DNA of 33,021 bases from Octopus bimaculoides (GCF_001194135.2 NC_068985.1:104128560-104161580), one strand, 5' to 3'; shown: positions 10,514 to 21,103, numbered from the stretch's first letter. Translations and numbers: made by a program. Notes: generated from the sequence alone by a model not told the origin.

Positions 10514-11166
10514 NNNNNNNNNNNNNNNNNNNNNNNNNNNNNNNNNNNNNNNNNNNNNNNNNNNNNNNNNNNNNNNNNNNNNNNNNNNNNNNNNNNNNNN
10601 NNNNNNNNNNNNNNNNNNNNNNNNNNNNNNNNNNNNNNNNNNNNNNNNNNNNNNNNNNNNNNNNNNNNNNNNNNNNNNNNNNNNNNNNNNNNNNNNNNNN
10701 NNNNNNNNNNNNNNNNNNNNNNNNNNNNNNNNNNNNNNNNNNNNNNNNNNNNNNNNNNNNNNNNNNNNNNNNNNNNNNNNNNNNNNNNNNNNNNNNNNNN
10801 NNNNNNNNNNNNNNNNNNNNNNNNNNNNNNNNNNNNNNNNNNNNNNNNNNNNNNNNNNNNNNNNNNNNNNNNNNNNNNNNNNNNNNNNNNNNNNNNNNNN
10901 NNNNNNNNNNNNNNNNNNNNNNNNNNNNNNNNNNNNNNNNNNNNNNNNNNNNNNNNNNNNNNNNNNNNNNNNNNNNNNNNNNNNNNNNNNNNNNNNNNNN
11001 NNNNNNNNNNNNNNNNNNNNNNNNNNNNNNNNNNNNNNNNNNNNNNNNNNNNNNNNNNNNNNNNNNNNNNNNNNNNNNNNNNNNNNNNNNNNNNNNNNNN
11101 NNNNNNNNNNNNNNNNNNNNNNNNNNNNNNNNNNNNNNNNNNNNNNNNNNNNNNNNNNNNNNNNNN

Positions 11167-11199
<33 letters not shown>

Positions 11200-11637
11200 G
11201 TATGTATAGCAGTGTGCTTGCATATGTGTATGTGCATATTCGTTTGTGTATACATGCGTGTCAGTGTCCGTGTAGGGTCCACTAGGGTCCACACGCACTT
11301 ATTTATCTCAATTAACCATTGAGCTCTGGATTTTTCTGTTTACAGCATTATATGAAATATTGCTTCACGTTTTCTGTTGATATTAAACAAATATGTGTGT
11401 AGGCATGGCCGTGCGATTAATACGTTTGGATCTATAACCACCTATTTGTAGGTTGTATCTTGGTGCGTACTACGCTGGCCAATTGATTACTTATTCTAAA
11501 TCTGGGTTGACCAATGGTTTACGAATGAAATTTGGATGTAAAACGTGTGTGTATGCGTGTGTGTGTGTCTGTATACACACACAAGAACAGTCATGCGCAC
11601 ATATATATAAACGCGCCAGCATGTACACTTATCCCTC

Positions 11638-11697
<60 letters not shown>

Positions 11698-11766
11698 TCT
11701 CTCTAAGGGAGTACTAAATACATGTTTTTTAATGAATTATTTATTTAAATTATATTATTTTCTTAG

Positions 11767-11824
11767 TGACTCGTATTTCACGCCTGAGGATCGCAGTTAT
11801 GTGAAACATGACTCGCGAGGAAAA
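11767..11824 (+). CDS. Candidate 58-nt coding exon (xDSYFTPEDRSYVKHDSRGK)
   Basis: Acceptor TTATTTTCTTAG|, donor AAA|GTAAGA; only one open frame; CpG-rich relative to flanks. Confidence 0.35.
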
Positions 11825-12052
11825 GTAAGAGTCTGTGCACATGCATGTATGTGTGTTTGGGGGAGAGATTGTGTGTGTGTGTGTGTGCGTGTATAAATGC
11901 GTGTGTGTGCGTGTGTGCGTATGTGTATCTGTGTGTGTATTTCCGTGTGTGTGTGTATGTGCGCGCTGCATTCGAGCGTCTGTGAAAGTAGTTTTGCTGA
12001 AAACGGTGTCCTTAGCTGTACCTCTTATATCCGCCACGTAACACGCATACAT

Positions 12053-12095
<43 letters not shown>

Positions 12096-12559
12096 TACAC
12101 AGTCTCTCTATCTCTCGCTATCTCCCTCTCTCTCTCTCTCTCTCTCACGCACACGCACACACACGCACCCACTCACACGTGCGCACGCACACACACATAT
12201 GTATGCATGTATGTTAATAGACTGAACGAAATGACACAGAATATATATATATGTGATATAATAAATATAAGATATATAAAAGTATATATACATATATATA
12301 TCTATGTGTATGTATATTTATGATCGTATGTGTGTGTGTCTTCTGGTTACGTGAGTGTTTCAATGCATAGCAAACAAGGGAAGAGAGAGAGAAAGAGAGA
12401 GAGGGGTGGACAGAGACAGAGATTAATAGCTATATATTTTGGCATCATTTTATTTTCTATCGTGATCCCGCAAAATGCGGCAAACATAGGTGCTATGGAA
12501 GAACCCAAGGCTACTCCATCTGCTGCTTATAGGATTTGCTTCGTCGACTAACCGCGAAT

Positions 12560-12617
12560 CTTCTCTTAGGACCCATATTTTCAACTTTCACCATGACCAC
12601 AGACTGTAATGACACCG

Positions 12618-12650
<33 letters not shown>

Positions 12651-12916
12651 ATATACTTCAGTTATATGGACGATATACTTCTCGTAATAGATACACCTGA
12701 AGACGCCGAGAAATTTAAAGCTGATTTTGTAAACAACTCTGTATTAAATTTCGGAATCTAGAACAGACTGTCACAAATAAAATGGCTTTGATTTTGACAC
12801 TTAAACAGAAAATATTTGATACATCACATCCGTGTGCACCAAAAGACACAAATGAAGGCATTCAATTACAAGAGCATAACGAACGTCCACACAAACACGA
12901 GATATCAGTGCTATAA
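12560..12916 (+). mobile_element. Penelope-like element reverse transcriptase remnant, interrupted by (CA)n
   Basis: LLGPIFSTFTM, then IYFSYMDDILLV (YMDD at 12663-12674)...FVNNSVLNF, then PKDTNEG and ERPHKHEISV, paralleling PLE RT motifs MGSPLGP.FANFYM, Y.DD, NSVL.FT, K.TN.G and CP.KYK.SV. Confidence 0.75.
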
Positions 12917-12992
12917 TCCTTAGTTTGAACTGCATTTGGGTTTTCCACTTGAATCAAAGTAGCAGATGAAAGTAAAGAAAAAAATAGTTAAC

Positions 12993-13162
12993 GCAGGAGT
13001 GGCTGTGCGGTAAGTAGCTTGCTTACCAACCACATGGCTCCGGGTTCAATCCCACTGCGTGGCACCTTGGGCAAGTGTCTTCTACTATAGCCTCGGGCCG
13101 ACCAAAGCCTTGTGAGTGGATTTGGTAGACGGAAACTGAAAGAAGCCCGTCGTATATATGTA

Positions 13163-13223
<61 letters not shown>

Positions 13224-13443
13224 TTGTGTGTCTGTGTTTGTCCCCCCACCATCGCTTGACAACCGATGCTGGTGTGTTTATGTCCCCGTAACTTAGCGGT
13301 TCGGCAAAAAGAGACCGATAGAATAAGTACTAAGCTTACAAAGAATAAGTCCTGGGGTCGATTAGCTCGACTAAAGGTGGTGCTCCAGCATGGCCGCAGT
13401 CAAATGACTGAAACAAGTAAAAGAGTAAAGAGTAAAAAGAGTA
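12993..13443 (+). mobile_element. SINE family A (tRNA head, CORE-like CCTTGGGCAAG, internal (TA)n/(TG)n), full length
   Basis: A-box-like GTGGCTGTGCGG, B-box GGTTCAATCCC, tail AAGTAAAAGAG repeats; near-identical to 15095-15503. Confidence 0.92.
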
Positions 13444-13511
13444 ACGATGCAAACTAATGATAGACAAGATTTTTCAATGATAAAGCTTCTATCGATTAGG
13501 CGTTGATCGGC

Positions 13512-13602
13512 GTTCAATCCCACTGCATGGCACCTTAGATAAGTCTCTTTTATTACAGCATCGGGCAGACCAGAGCCTTGTAAGTGGACTTGGTAGACGG
13601 AA
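13512..13602 (+). mobile_element. SINE family A head fragment
   Basis: GTTCAATCCCACTGCATGGCACC...TTGGTAGACGGAA. Confidence 0.8.
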
Positions 13603-13762
13603 TACGACGAGCTTCTTTCAGTTTCCGTCTACCAAATCCATTCATGAATCTTTGGCCGGCCTGAGGGTATAGTAGAAGACACTTGCCCAAGGTGCCACGA
13701 AGTGGGACTGAACTTGAAACCATGTGGTTGGGAAGCAAGTTTCTTACCACACAGCCGCGCCT
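13603..13762 (-). mobile_element. SINE family A head, inverted
   Basis: Reverse complement of the family A head from GGCTGTGTGGTAAG to AAGAAGCTCGTCG. Confidence 0.85.
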
Positions 13763-13764
13763 AT

Positions 13765-13880
13765 CAGTCCCGAAAGGATGAAAGGGAAAATTGACATAGT
13801 GTGATTTGAACCCAGTCCGAAGTGAGTGGGGACAAATATCGCAAAGTATTCTGTCCAATCTCCTAACGCTTCTACCAATT
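13765..13880 (-). mobile_element. SINE family B, degenerate fragment
   Basis: CCCGAAAGGATGAAAGG...ATTTGAACCCAG matches the reverse complement of the B core. Confidence 0.6.
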
Positions 13881-14075
13881 TACTGCTCTACCATAAGCCA
13901 GGCATAAAATCAATGTACCAAATACATCAGACACCACATTTGTCTACAAATACATGTATTATAGAAATTAAATGCTTACTAACCATAGAACAGAAGAGTG
14001 TATCGAAAACTTCGGATAATGAGGTTGGGATGCAAAACGCACTGTTTCAAACCAAAACCGTACACTACTAATATA

Positions 14076-14302
14076 TTGGGTTGTCCGGAAAGTTCGTGCC
14101 GATTATAATAGCTTACTTTTCGACTTATTTGCCATGAAACCACCTCAATTCTGGGAAGAGGGTATTTTCAAGTTAAAGGAAAGATGGAGACGCATTATGC
14201 AACAAAATGGTTCATATTTGATTGATTAAAAATGTAATGGCAAGTATTTATTTACCTTTTTCTTTCCTTTAAAAATCGGCACGAACTTTCCGGACAACCC
14301 AA
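14076..14302 (+). mobile_element. 227-bp internally deleted mariner with perfect 29-bp TIRs and TA target duplication
   Basis: TIR TTGGGTTGTCCGGAAAGTTCGTGCCGATT at 14076-14104 and exact reverse complement at 14274-14302; retains transposase C-terminus FAMKPPQFWEEGIFKLKERWRRIMQQNGSYLID* (14128-14229). Confidence 0.95.
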
Positions 14303-14416
14303 TACAACAAAAACAATAACATAAAAAAACATTTATCAATAAGTAATCACAAACATGTAAACAAGAGAACAAACTACAAATTTTATACACACACACTCAC
14401 ACATATATATACATAC

Positions 14417-14476
<60 letters not shown>

Positions 14477-14479
14477 TCC

Positions 14480-14604
14480 ACTCGAAGCTTTGGTCGGCCG
14501 AGGCTACAGTAGAAGACACTTGCCAAGTTGCCACCCAGTGGGTCTGAACCCGGAACCACGTGGTTGAGAGGCAAGCTTCTTACCACACAACCACGCTTAC
14601 GCCT
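14480..14604 (-). mobile_element. SINE family A head, inverted
   Basis: CTTTGGTCGGCCGAGGCTACAGTAGAAGACACTTGCC...CTTACCACAC. Confidence 0.85.
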
Positions 14605-14670
14605 ATAGCTTCTTACTTGCGCCTATACATACATACATACATACATACATACATACAAACATATATATAT

Positions 14671-14800
14671 TCTTTTATTTGTTTCAGTCATTTGACTGCG
14701 GCCATGCTGAAGCACCACTTTTAGTCGAACAAATCGACCGAACGACTTATTCTTTGTAAGACTTGTACTTATTCTATCGGTCTCTTTTACCGAACCGCTA
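14671..14800 (-). mobile_element. SINE family A tail, inverted
   Basis: TTTCAGTCATTTGACTGCGGCCATGCTG...GGTCTCTTTTACCGAACCGCTAA. Confidence 0.85.
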
Positions 14801-15094
14801 ATAGTAATAATAATCATCATCATCATCATGATAATGACGATGATGATGATGTACTTAGTTTTTGTATACCAACCATTTCGCATCTACACCTGTAAGTACT
14901 GACTATTGCCACGTACAAGCCAGAGTCACAATCAATAGAAACATGATAGGGTTAACAAATACCACTCTTGCCGTTTCCATCTTCAGTGATAAGCGTTTTT
15001 CAAATAAATATATCACCAACAGGTCGAGGACGGGAAGATGGCTTACCCTAAGATCCTTCCCACATATATTTCAATACTTAGTTATCATGTAATA

Positions 15095-15503
15095 GGCGTA
15101 GGAGTGGCTGTGTGGTAAGTAGCTTGCTTACCAACCACATGGTCCCGGGTTCAGTCCCACTGCGTGGCACCTTGGGCAAGTGTCTTCTACTATAGCCTCG
15201 GGCCGACCAAAGCCTTGTGAGTGGATTTGGTAGACGGAAACTGAAAGAAGCCCGTCGTATATATGTATATATATATGTATGTGTGTATGTGTTTGTGTGT
15301 CTGTGTTTGTCCCCCCAACATCGCTTGACAACCGATGCTGGTGTATTTATGTCCCCGTAACTTAGCGGTTCGGCAAAAGAGACCGATAGAATAAGTACTA
15401 GGCTTCTAAAGAATAAGTCCTGGGGTCGATTTCCTCGACTAAAGGCGGCGCTCCAGCATGGCCACAGTCAAAAGACTGAAACAAGTAAAAGAGTAAAAAG
15501 AGT
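15095..15503 (+). mobile_element. SINE family A, full length
   Basis: Near-identical to 12993-13443, with a shorter internal microsatellite. Confidence 0.92.
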
Positions 15504-15693
15504 ATGTAGTGGTATAGATTCATTTCCTTCTTCTTTGTTTTGTCTTTTTTCTTTCTTTTACTTTTTTTATTCGTTCGTTTTTGCTTTTCTTGAGTCACAG
15601 TCGCTGAACTGACATAGGAACAATGTCACTGGCCTGCTCAATCTTCCCAGTGTACCAAACAACAAGACTGTCCTGTATGTACATGCATGGAAA

Positions 15694-15735
<42 letters not shown>

Positions 15736-16175
15736 TACATACATACATACATACATACATACATACATGCATGCATGCATGCATGCATACTCATAGACAT
15801 TATAGAATCCAATACACAAAGACGTTTGTATAAATACGGGAGTGACCTAAAATGTGTGTAATGCATGTTTTACATATACATGCATATATGTATGTGTGTG
15901 CGTGCGTGTACCTATTTTACACATATATATACACATATATATATATCTATCTATGTATATATATATATATATATNNNNNNNNNNTGTATATATATACAGC
16001 CATACATTGATGTATGTATTTATATATATTTGTATGTACATTTGTGTGTATATAGCCGTTGAGTCAGCGATGGGATGGTAAAGTCCTTAATGTATAATCA
16101 AATTATATTATTACCGCAAATGAAGATTACCATTCCACCGATGATGTGTTAATTACCTTGTTTATTCGACTTCAG

Positions 16176-16309
16176 GCTTATTTCGTGAAAGAACTTTAAA
16201 GGAAATGGATCTATTTGGCTGTTTCATAGGAACAGTTGTATACCAAAAGACGGTGTATCATGTTTTGTTGCGAGCATTTTGCACTGAAAAGTCTGCTCTC
16301 AAATGTTAG
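16176..16309 (+). CDS. Candidate coding exon (GLFRERTLKEMDLFGCFIGTVVYQKTVYHVLLRAFCTEKSALKC*)
   Basis: Acceptor TTGTTTATTCGACTTCAG|G; only the phase-1 frame is open; 3' end uncertain (donor ACG|GTGTAT at 16252, or the TAG stop). Confidence 0.25.
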
Positions 16310-16489
16310 CATCGAAAGTTCAATGTGGTTAATTCTATATTAAATAATAGTACAATTATAGCTAAAAGCTTGTCTAATTCAGTCACTCTTAACGATGTTC
16401 TATGAGTATGTTTGCACTATAGCGACCTGAATATTATAATGTAATAGTTTTATGTATAGTTCTGGACGAAGAATTATATAATTCTTTCT

Positions 16490-16686
16490 AATATAAGCAG
16501 AAGGCCTGATATTTTTGTTGGGAGGAACTAGAGAATGATATCAACCCCTGTACTTACATGGTACTTATTTTATCGACCCTGAAAAGATGAAAGACAAAGT
16601 CACCCCCAGGAAATTTTAAACGAGCTTGTAAAGAGCTGGAAGAAATGCCGCTAAGCATTTTACCCAGCATGCAATTGATTCTGCCC
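16490..16686 (-). mobile_element. SINE family B
   Basis: GGTACTTATTTTATCGACCC...GATGAAAG...GAAATGCCGCTAAGCATTTT. Confidence 0.8.
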
Positions 16687-16729
16687 TGGTCACTGCCTTT
16701 TAGGGACACATTATCGTCTCTTGGAACTT

Positions 16730-17550
16730 GTCAGATTCATTGGAACGTCGGATAAAATATCTTACAGCATTTCTTGTGGTCCTTTACGTTCTGAGTTCAA
16801 AGCTCGCTGAAGCCAACTCTACCTTTCATTCCACTGGCGTCAATAAGGTGAAGTACCAGTCAATACAATCAACTAAACCCTTCTCCTCAATACTGCTGGT
16901 TTTGAGCCTAATTAGAAATTACTCGTATTATTCTTAGGGTGATGAAAGAATCGTTAGAATGTTATCAAAATGTCTTGCTATGTTTGTTCAAATTTCTCCG
17001 AGGACAACTTTTTACTTTTTCGTTTTTGTTTTGAGCTCGATGAAATGAAGCCCTTGTTTAGACTAATTGATAGCATCGCCTACCACTTCTCCCCTCAAAC
17101 ATTGCTGACCTTGTTTCTAAATTAGGACTTGTTATTATTAAGGGTATTAGATTGGCAGAGAATCTGACAAAATGCCTTCTGGTATTTAATCATAGCTTTT
17201 TACATTCTGAGTTCAAATCACGCCGAGATTAACTTTACTTTTCATCCTTTTTGGGTGTCAATAATCTAAAGTACGGGGTTCAATGGTATCGACAAATTCT
17301 CTCCATCCTCAAAAAAATTTGCGCTTAAATCTGAAATTACAAGGCAGGGTCGTTAGCGCGTCCGACAAAACGCTCAGAGGAATTTTTTCCGGCTCTTTAC
17401 GTACTATCTTCAAAGATCACCGAAATCAATTTTACCTTATCTCCTTTTGGAGTCGATAAAAGGAAATACCAATCAAATGTTGAGGTCAATGGCATCACTT
17501 AACCCTCTCCTCCTAAAGCTGCTGGCCATGTGCCAAAATTTGAAATCATT
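16730..17550 (+). mobile_element. Head-to-tail array of four old SINE family B copies (~200-bp units)
   Basis: B-core remnants (GAGTTCAAA/GTTCAAAT, TTTCAT.C, GTC.ATAA, CCCTC.CC, AATT.GAAA) recur with unit starts near 16730, 16935, 17150 and 17340. Confidence 0.7.
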
Positions 17551-18613
17551 CTATACAAGACCCCTGGAATAAACTAATCAGTTATCTTTATCGACAACAA
17601 GGATCTCCTCAAGAGCGTCCTCGCTTCTAACCATCACTAGCTCCGTACATCATAGCGGAAAATGCCATCTACCATTCCACTCAACCACTTTATTAACGAG
17701 ATAACAAAATAGGGTTTGCTTCCAACTAATTCTGTTTTCACTTTTTGCCGTCGTGTTTTTTTGTTTTTTGGGTTTTGTTTTTTTACCTTTTTCGCCAAAG
17801 CTTAAAATTCATTTTAATCTTATCGAACATAGCAATTAGTCTACCCCTTCTTTTCAATCTTCAGAAACCTCCGTTCCTATAAAAAGAAAAACAATTGCTC
17901 TATAGAACACAAGAGCTCAAGAGTCAGAGGTTGCACACCCATTTCAGGAATCCTTTACCTTTCAGGTTAAACTGTTTACAGTTCTTTTAACTTTTGAAAA
18001 GCTACTATTCCCTCTGCACCTCAGTATACGCACTTGTTAGAAATTATTTGTCTATGACCTTAATATAAAATTGATGTATAGCAAATGCAATTTGTTACAG
18101 ATCAATTTCGCTGAGTAAATATCTCAAAAATAAGGTCATTCACCTCGAACTCAAAAGCCTGAATAAATAAATAAAAATCCACGGAAGTTTTGTGTACCCT
18201 TCACAAACACACTCTATTGAGTCAATAGCACGTGATTAGACAGATACATTTGAAATTAGCCGTATCATTTTTTTGTGTGTTTATTTAGCTTATATGAACA
18301 TACACACGTACAAAATGGACACACACACACACACACCCACATGCATACACACACATACACATATGTATGTATATATATATATAATGATTCACAGCCAATA
18401 TGTGTGTGTATGAGTCACGCAGTTAATATCCTCTTTTCATTACCTTTTCCTTGCCCCTCATTAGAGTATAATAATAATAAATACACACCTAATATTGTAA
18501 GGAAGAAAGTAACATAGATTTGTTGATAGTTACCCCCACCCACTACAGATATAATATATGAAATAAAAATATAGAAATAAAAACTATATCGCTGACTCAA
18601 GTGGGGTGGTGTT

Positions 18614-18654
18614 TACCTGAAGATAGTGCACATCGGCATTGAAACCTAATCGTA
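18614..18654 (+). ncRNA. Degenerate minimal type-I hammerhead ribozyme motif
   Basis: TAC-CTGAAGA-T-AGTGC(ACATCG)GCATT-GAAA-CCTAA-TC-GTA; followed by (TAAA)n. Confidence 0.5.
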
Positions 18655-19111
18655 TTACTATAAATAAATAAATAAATAAATAAGACACATCGTCGAACTG
18701 CCCTGGTAATAAAGTAGTCAAGTAACCGCCACACCTATTCACCAAGAATAACTTTAAAGTTCTTAGCTAGAATGACAGAGGCAGCTGTACTGATAGAAGG
18801 ATGTCCCTGTAATCTAACAAATCCTTTTCTCTTTCTACGCAACCCTCCCACCTCTCACTCCCGTTCATTTGCACTTATCGCTTCACTATCGGTTTCTATT
18901 ACACCGTCAGTCACGCTTACTCAACAGGTTTGCAATACGGGACAGATCGCACGTCTCTTCTCTTTTCTTCCTCTGTCTCCCCCGTCTCTTTCTTATCGTG
19001 GTCGCCGCCCTCATCATTGTTGTCGTTGTAATCATCACCAACCGCATCCGCCGTCTTCCCCACCACCTTTTTCTTTTTCTTTTTCTTTTTTGGCTCCTCA
19101 GCTTTGTCACC

Positions 19112-19496
19112 AATAATAATATTGGTTTCAAATTTTGGCACAAGGCCAGCAATGACAGAGTAGGAGTAAATCAATTACATTGACCTCCAGTGCTCAACTA
19201 ATATGTGTTTCATCGATTCGAACGAATGAAAGGTAAAGCTGACCTCGGTGGAATTTGAACTGAGAACGCAGAGATGGACGAAATGCCGCCAAGCATTTTG
19301 ACCGGAGTGCTAACAATTCTACCAGTTCCCAAACTCATCATCAATTATATTTAACAATAATAGCAGTTTCTGACTGAAGTACAAAATCAGGAATTTTGAG
19401 TTGAAGGATTAATCGATGGCATCGAGCCCCAGTGGTTGACAGGTACTTTATTTTATCGACCCCAGCAGAATGAAAGACAATTTGGGATTTGAACCA
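19112..19496 (-). mobile_element. Two tandem SINE family B copies (about 19112-19329 and 19355-19496)
   Basis: Reverse complement of the B consensus including the CCTTGTGCCAAAATTTGAAACCAATATTATT tail. Confidence 0.8.
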
Positions 19497-19565
19497 ATTT
19501 TACCCCCCAATGCTTTGGCCATCTGACAGACGAACTACTCACAGTCACTCACAGACGTGACTCAC

Positions 19566-19605
19566 AGACGTGTTCCATCCTCTAATGCCCACTGAAAGGC
19601 ATTCG
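19566..19605 (-). other. Candidate 40-nt exon with start codon (ATG at 19578, MEHV.., strong Kozak AGGATGG)
   Basis: Acceptor TTTTTCTATGTTTACATTCGCTGCAG|, donor TCT|GTGAGT; an upstream donor CCC|GTGAGT at 19762 bounds a 156-nt T-rich intron. Confidence 0.4.
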
Positions 19606-19809
19606 CTGCAGCGAATGTAAACATAGAAAAACTTCACGAAATATGTGTAAAATATGCGAAAAATATATGAAAAATACGTAAAATATTAAGGCAATTAACG
19701 AAAAATATATACAATAAAATTCTAATTGATAGATATAGATTTTTATTAAAACAAAACTCACGGGTGAAGTAAATCTCGTGGTGGGAAAAAACAACAAACA
19801 CAATGTGCA

Positions 19810-19823
19810 GTTGTCATGGTAAC
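19810..19823. promoter_or_regulatory. RFX X-box motif GTTGTCATGGTAAC
   Basis: Near-palindromic 14-mer matching GTTGCCATGGCAAC-type X-boxes, in unique sequence. Confidence 0.55.
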
Positions 19824-20039
19824 AAGCTGTTAACGCCGTGCTGTCTGTTGATCGGCTAGAACTATCCAAATTTTCCCAACTTTAATTCCAAATAACATCA
19901 GATTCTTTAAGTTAAGCGATAAAGTAATTGGTTGATCGTGATCAAAATTCAGAGTTGCATCGATACACCAAAATTGAAAGCAATCTGTGCTAAATTAAAG
20001 GGGGCTGATTTTGTGAATCAGTTTAACTAGATCCAGGGA

Positions 20040-20208
20040 ATGAGCCGATTACATTGACCCCAGTGTTCAACTGGTACTTATTTTATCGAGCCCGAAAAGA
20101 TGAAAGGTAAAATCGACCTCGGCGGAATTTGAACTCAGAACGTAGCTACAGGCGAACTACCTCTAAGCATTACGTCCGGCGCTCTGACGATTCTGCCAGC
20201 TCACCGCT
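20040..20208 (-). mobile_element. SINE family B
   Basis: CAACTGGTACTTATTTTATCGAGCCCGAAAAGATGAAAGG...GGCGGAATTTGAACTCAGAACG...GATTCTGCCAGCTC. Confidence 0.88.
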
Positions 20209-20330
20209 TTAATTATAGTCAGTCTTGCTTTTCATTCCTTCAGGAATGGTGAAATAAGGTACTCGTCACTTACTGAGGTAGATTAAATCGTTTATCCCCA
20301 CCGTCCAGAAATTGCTATTCTTGTGTCCGC

Positions 20331-20545
20331 GGGCAGAATCATTAGCACGCCGGACGAAATGCTTAGCGGTATTTCGTCCGTAGCTACATTTTGACTTCAA
20401 ATTCCGCTGGGGTCAACTTTGCCTTTCATCCTCTAGGGCTTGATGAAATAAGTACCAGTTACGCAATGGGGGTCGATGTAATCAACTATCCTTCTACCCC
20501 CAAATTTCAGGCCTTGTGCCTATAGTAGAAAGGATTATTATTATT
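20331..20545 (+). mobile_element. SINE family B with (ATT)n tail
   Basis: GGCAGAATCATTAGCACGCCGGACGAAATGCTTAGCGG...CCTATAGTAGAAAGGATTATT. Confidence 0.88.
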
Positions 20546-21039
20546 GAGTGAGAGAGCAGTGCATGCCATCAAAGTGACACTGGGATAAAATATACGAAGC
20601 CCATTATACTCACCATGACTACCCGTCTGATAAGGGTACACCAGACACATGCATCACAACCATATGTGCGCGACATGGTGATCTCATATCAAGATAAACA
20701 GCGCANNNNNNNNNNNNAATAAAGTTTGTTTAAGGATGTTGAGCAAAACACCCATGTTTCCAAAGGTGAATTATTCAAACCCCAAAGAATTCCTCTCAAC
20801 ACATGGCTATGATGCTCCCCCACTACTTCTGCTCATGATCAGAGATGCACATATCATCAGCCACCAAAGGACATGCTCAACTGGTTAAGGTCAAGCCACT
20901 GACAAGCAAATCTGTGGTATTAAGCAGAATATTTGTTGTAGCCCAGCTTTTATACCAAGAGAAAACAATGTACATGATAACACTTCCAACCAATTAAGAT
21001 CAGAAGCCATGAGAGCCACTGCCTGGTACTGCATCCGAG

Positions 21040-21040
<1 letters not shown>
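20546..21040 (-). mobile_element. Interspersed repeat inserted into an (ATT)n tract; possibly the 3' end of an R4/Dong-type LINE or its derivative
   Basis: Non-coding block flanked by (ATT)n on both sides; recognised from memory as an abundant octopus repeat; orientation and class are inferred. Confidence 0.5.

Positions 21041-21100
<60 letters not shown>
21041..21100. repeat. (ATT)20 microsatellite
   Basis: Direct reading. Confidence 0.97.

Positions 21101-21103
<3 letters not shown>

Noticed and set aside
16730-17550. Regularly spaced repeats as a CRISPR-like array
   Set aside because: Units are ~200-bp degenerate SINEs in eukaryotic DNA; no short repeat-spacer pattern and no cas genes
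18917-19174. Lys/Asp/Glu-rich minus-strand ORF
   Set aside because: Begins inside a SINE tail, has no acceptor and is low-complexity purine-rich sequence
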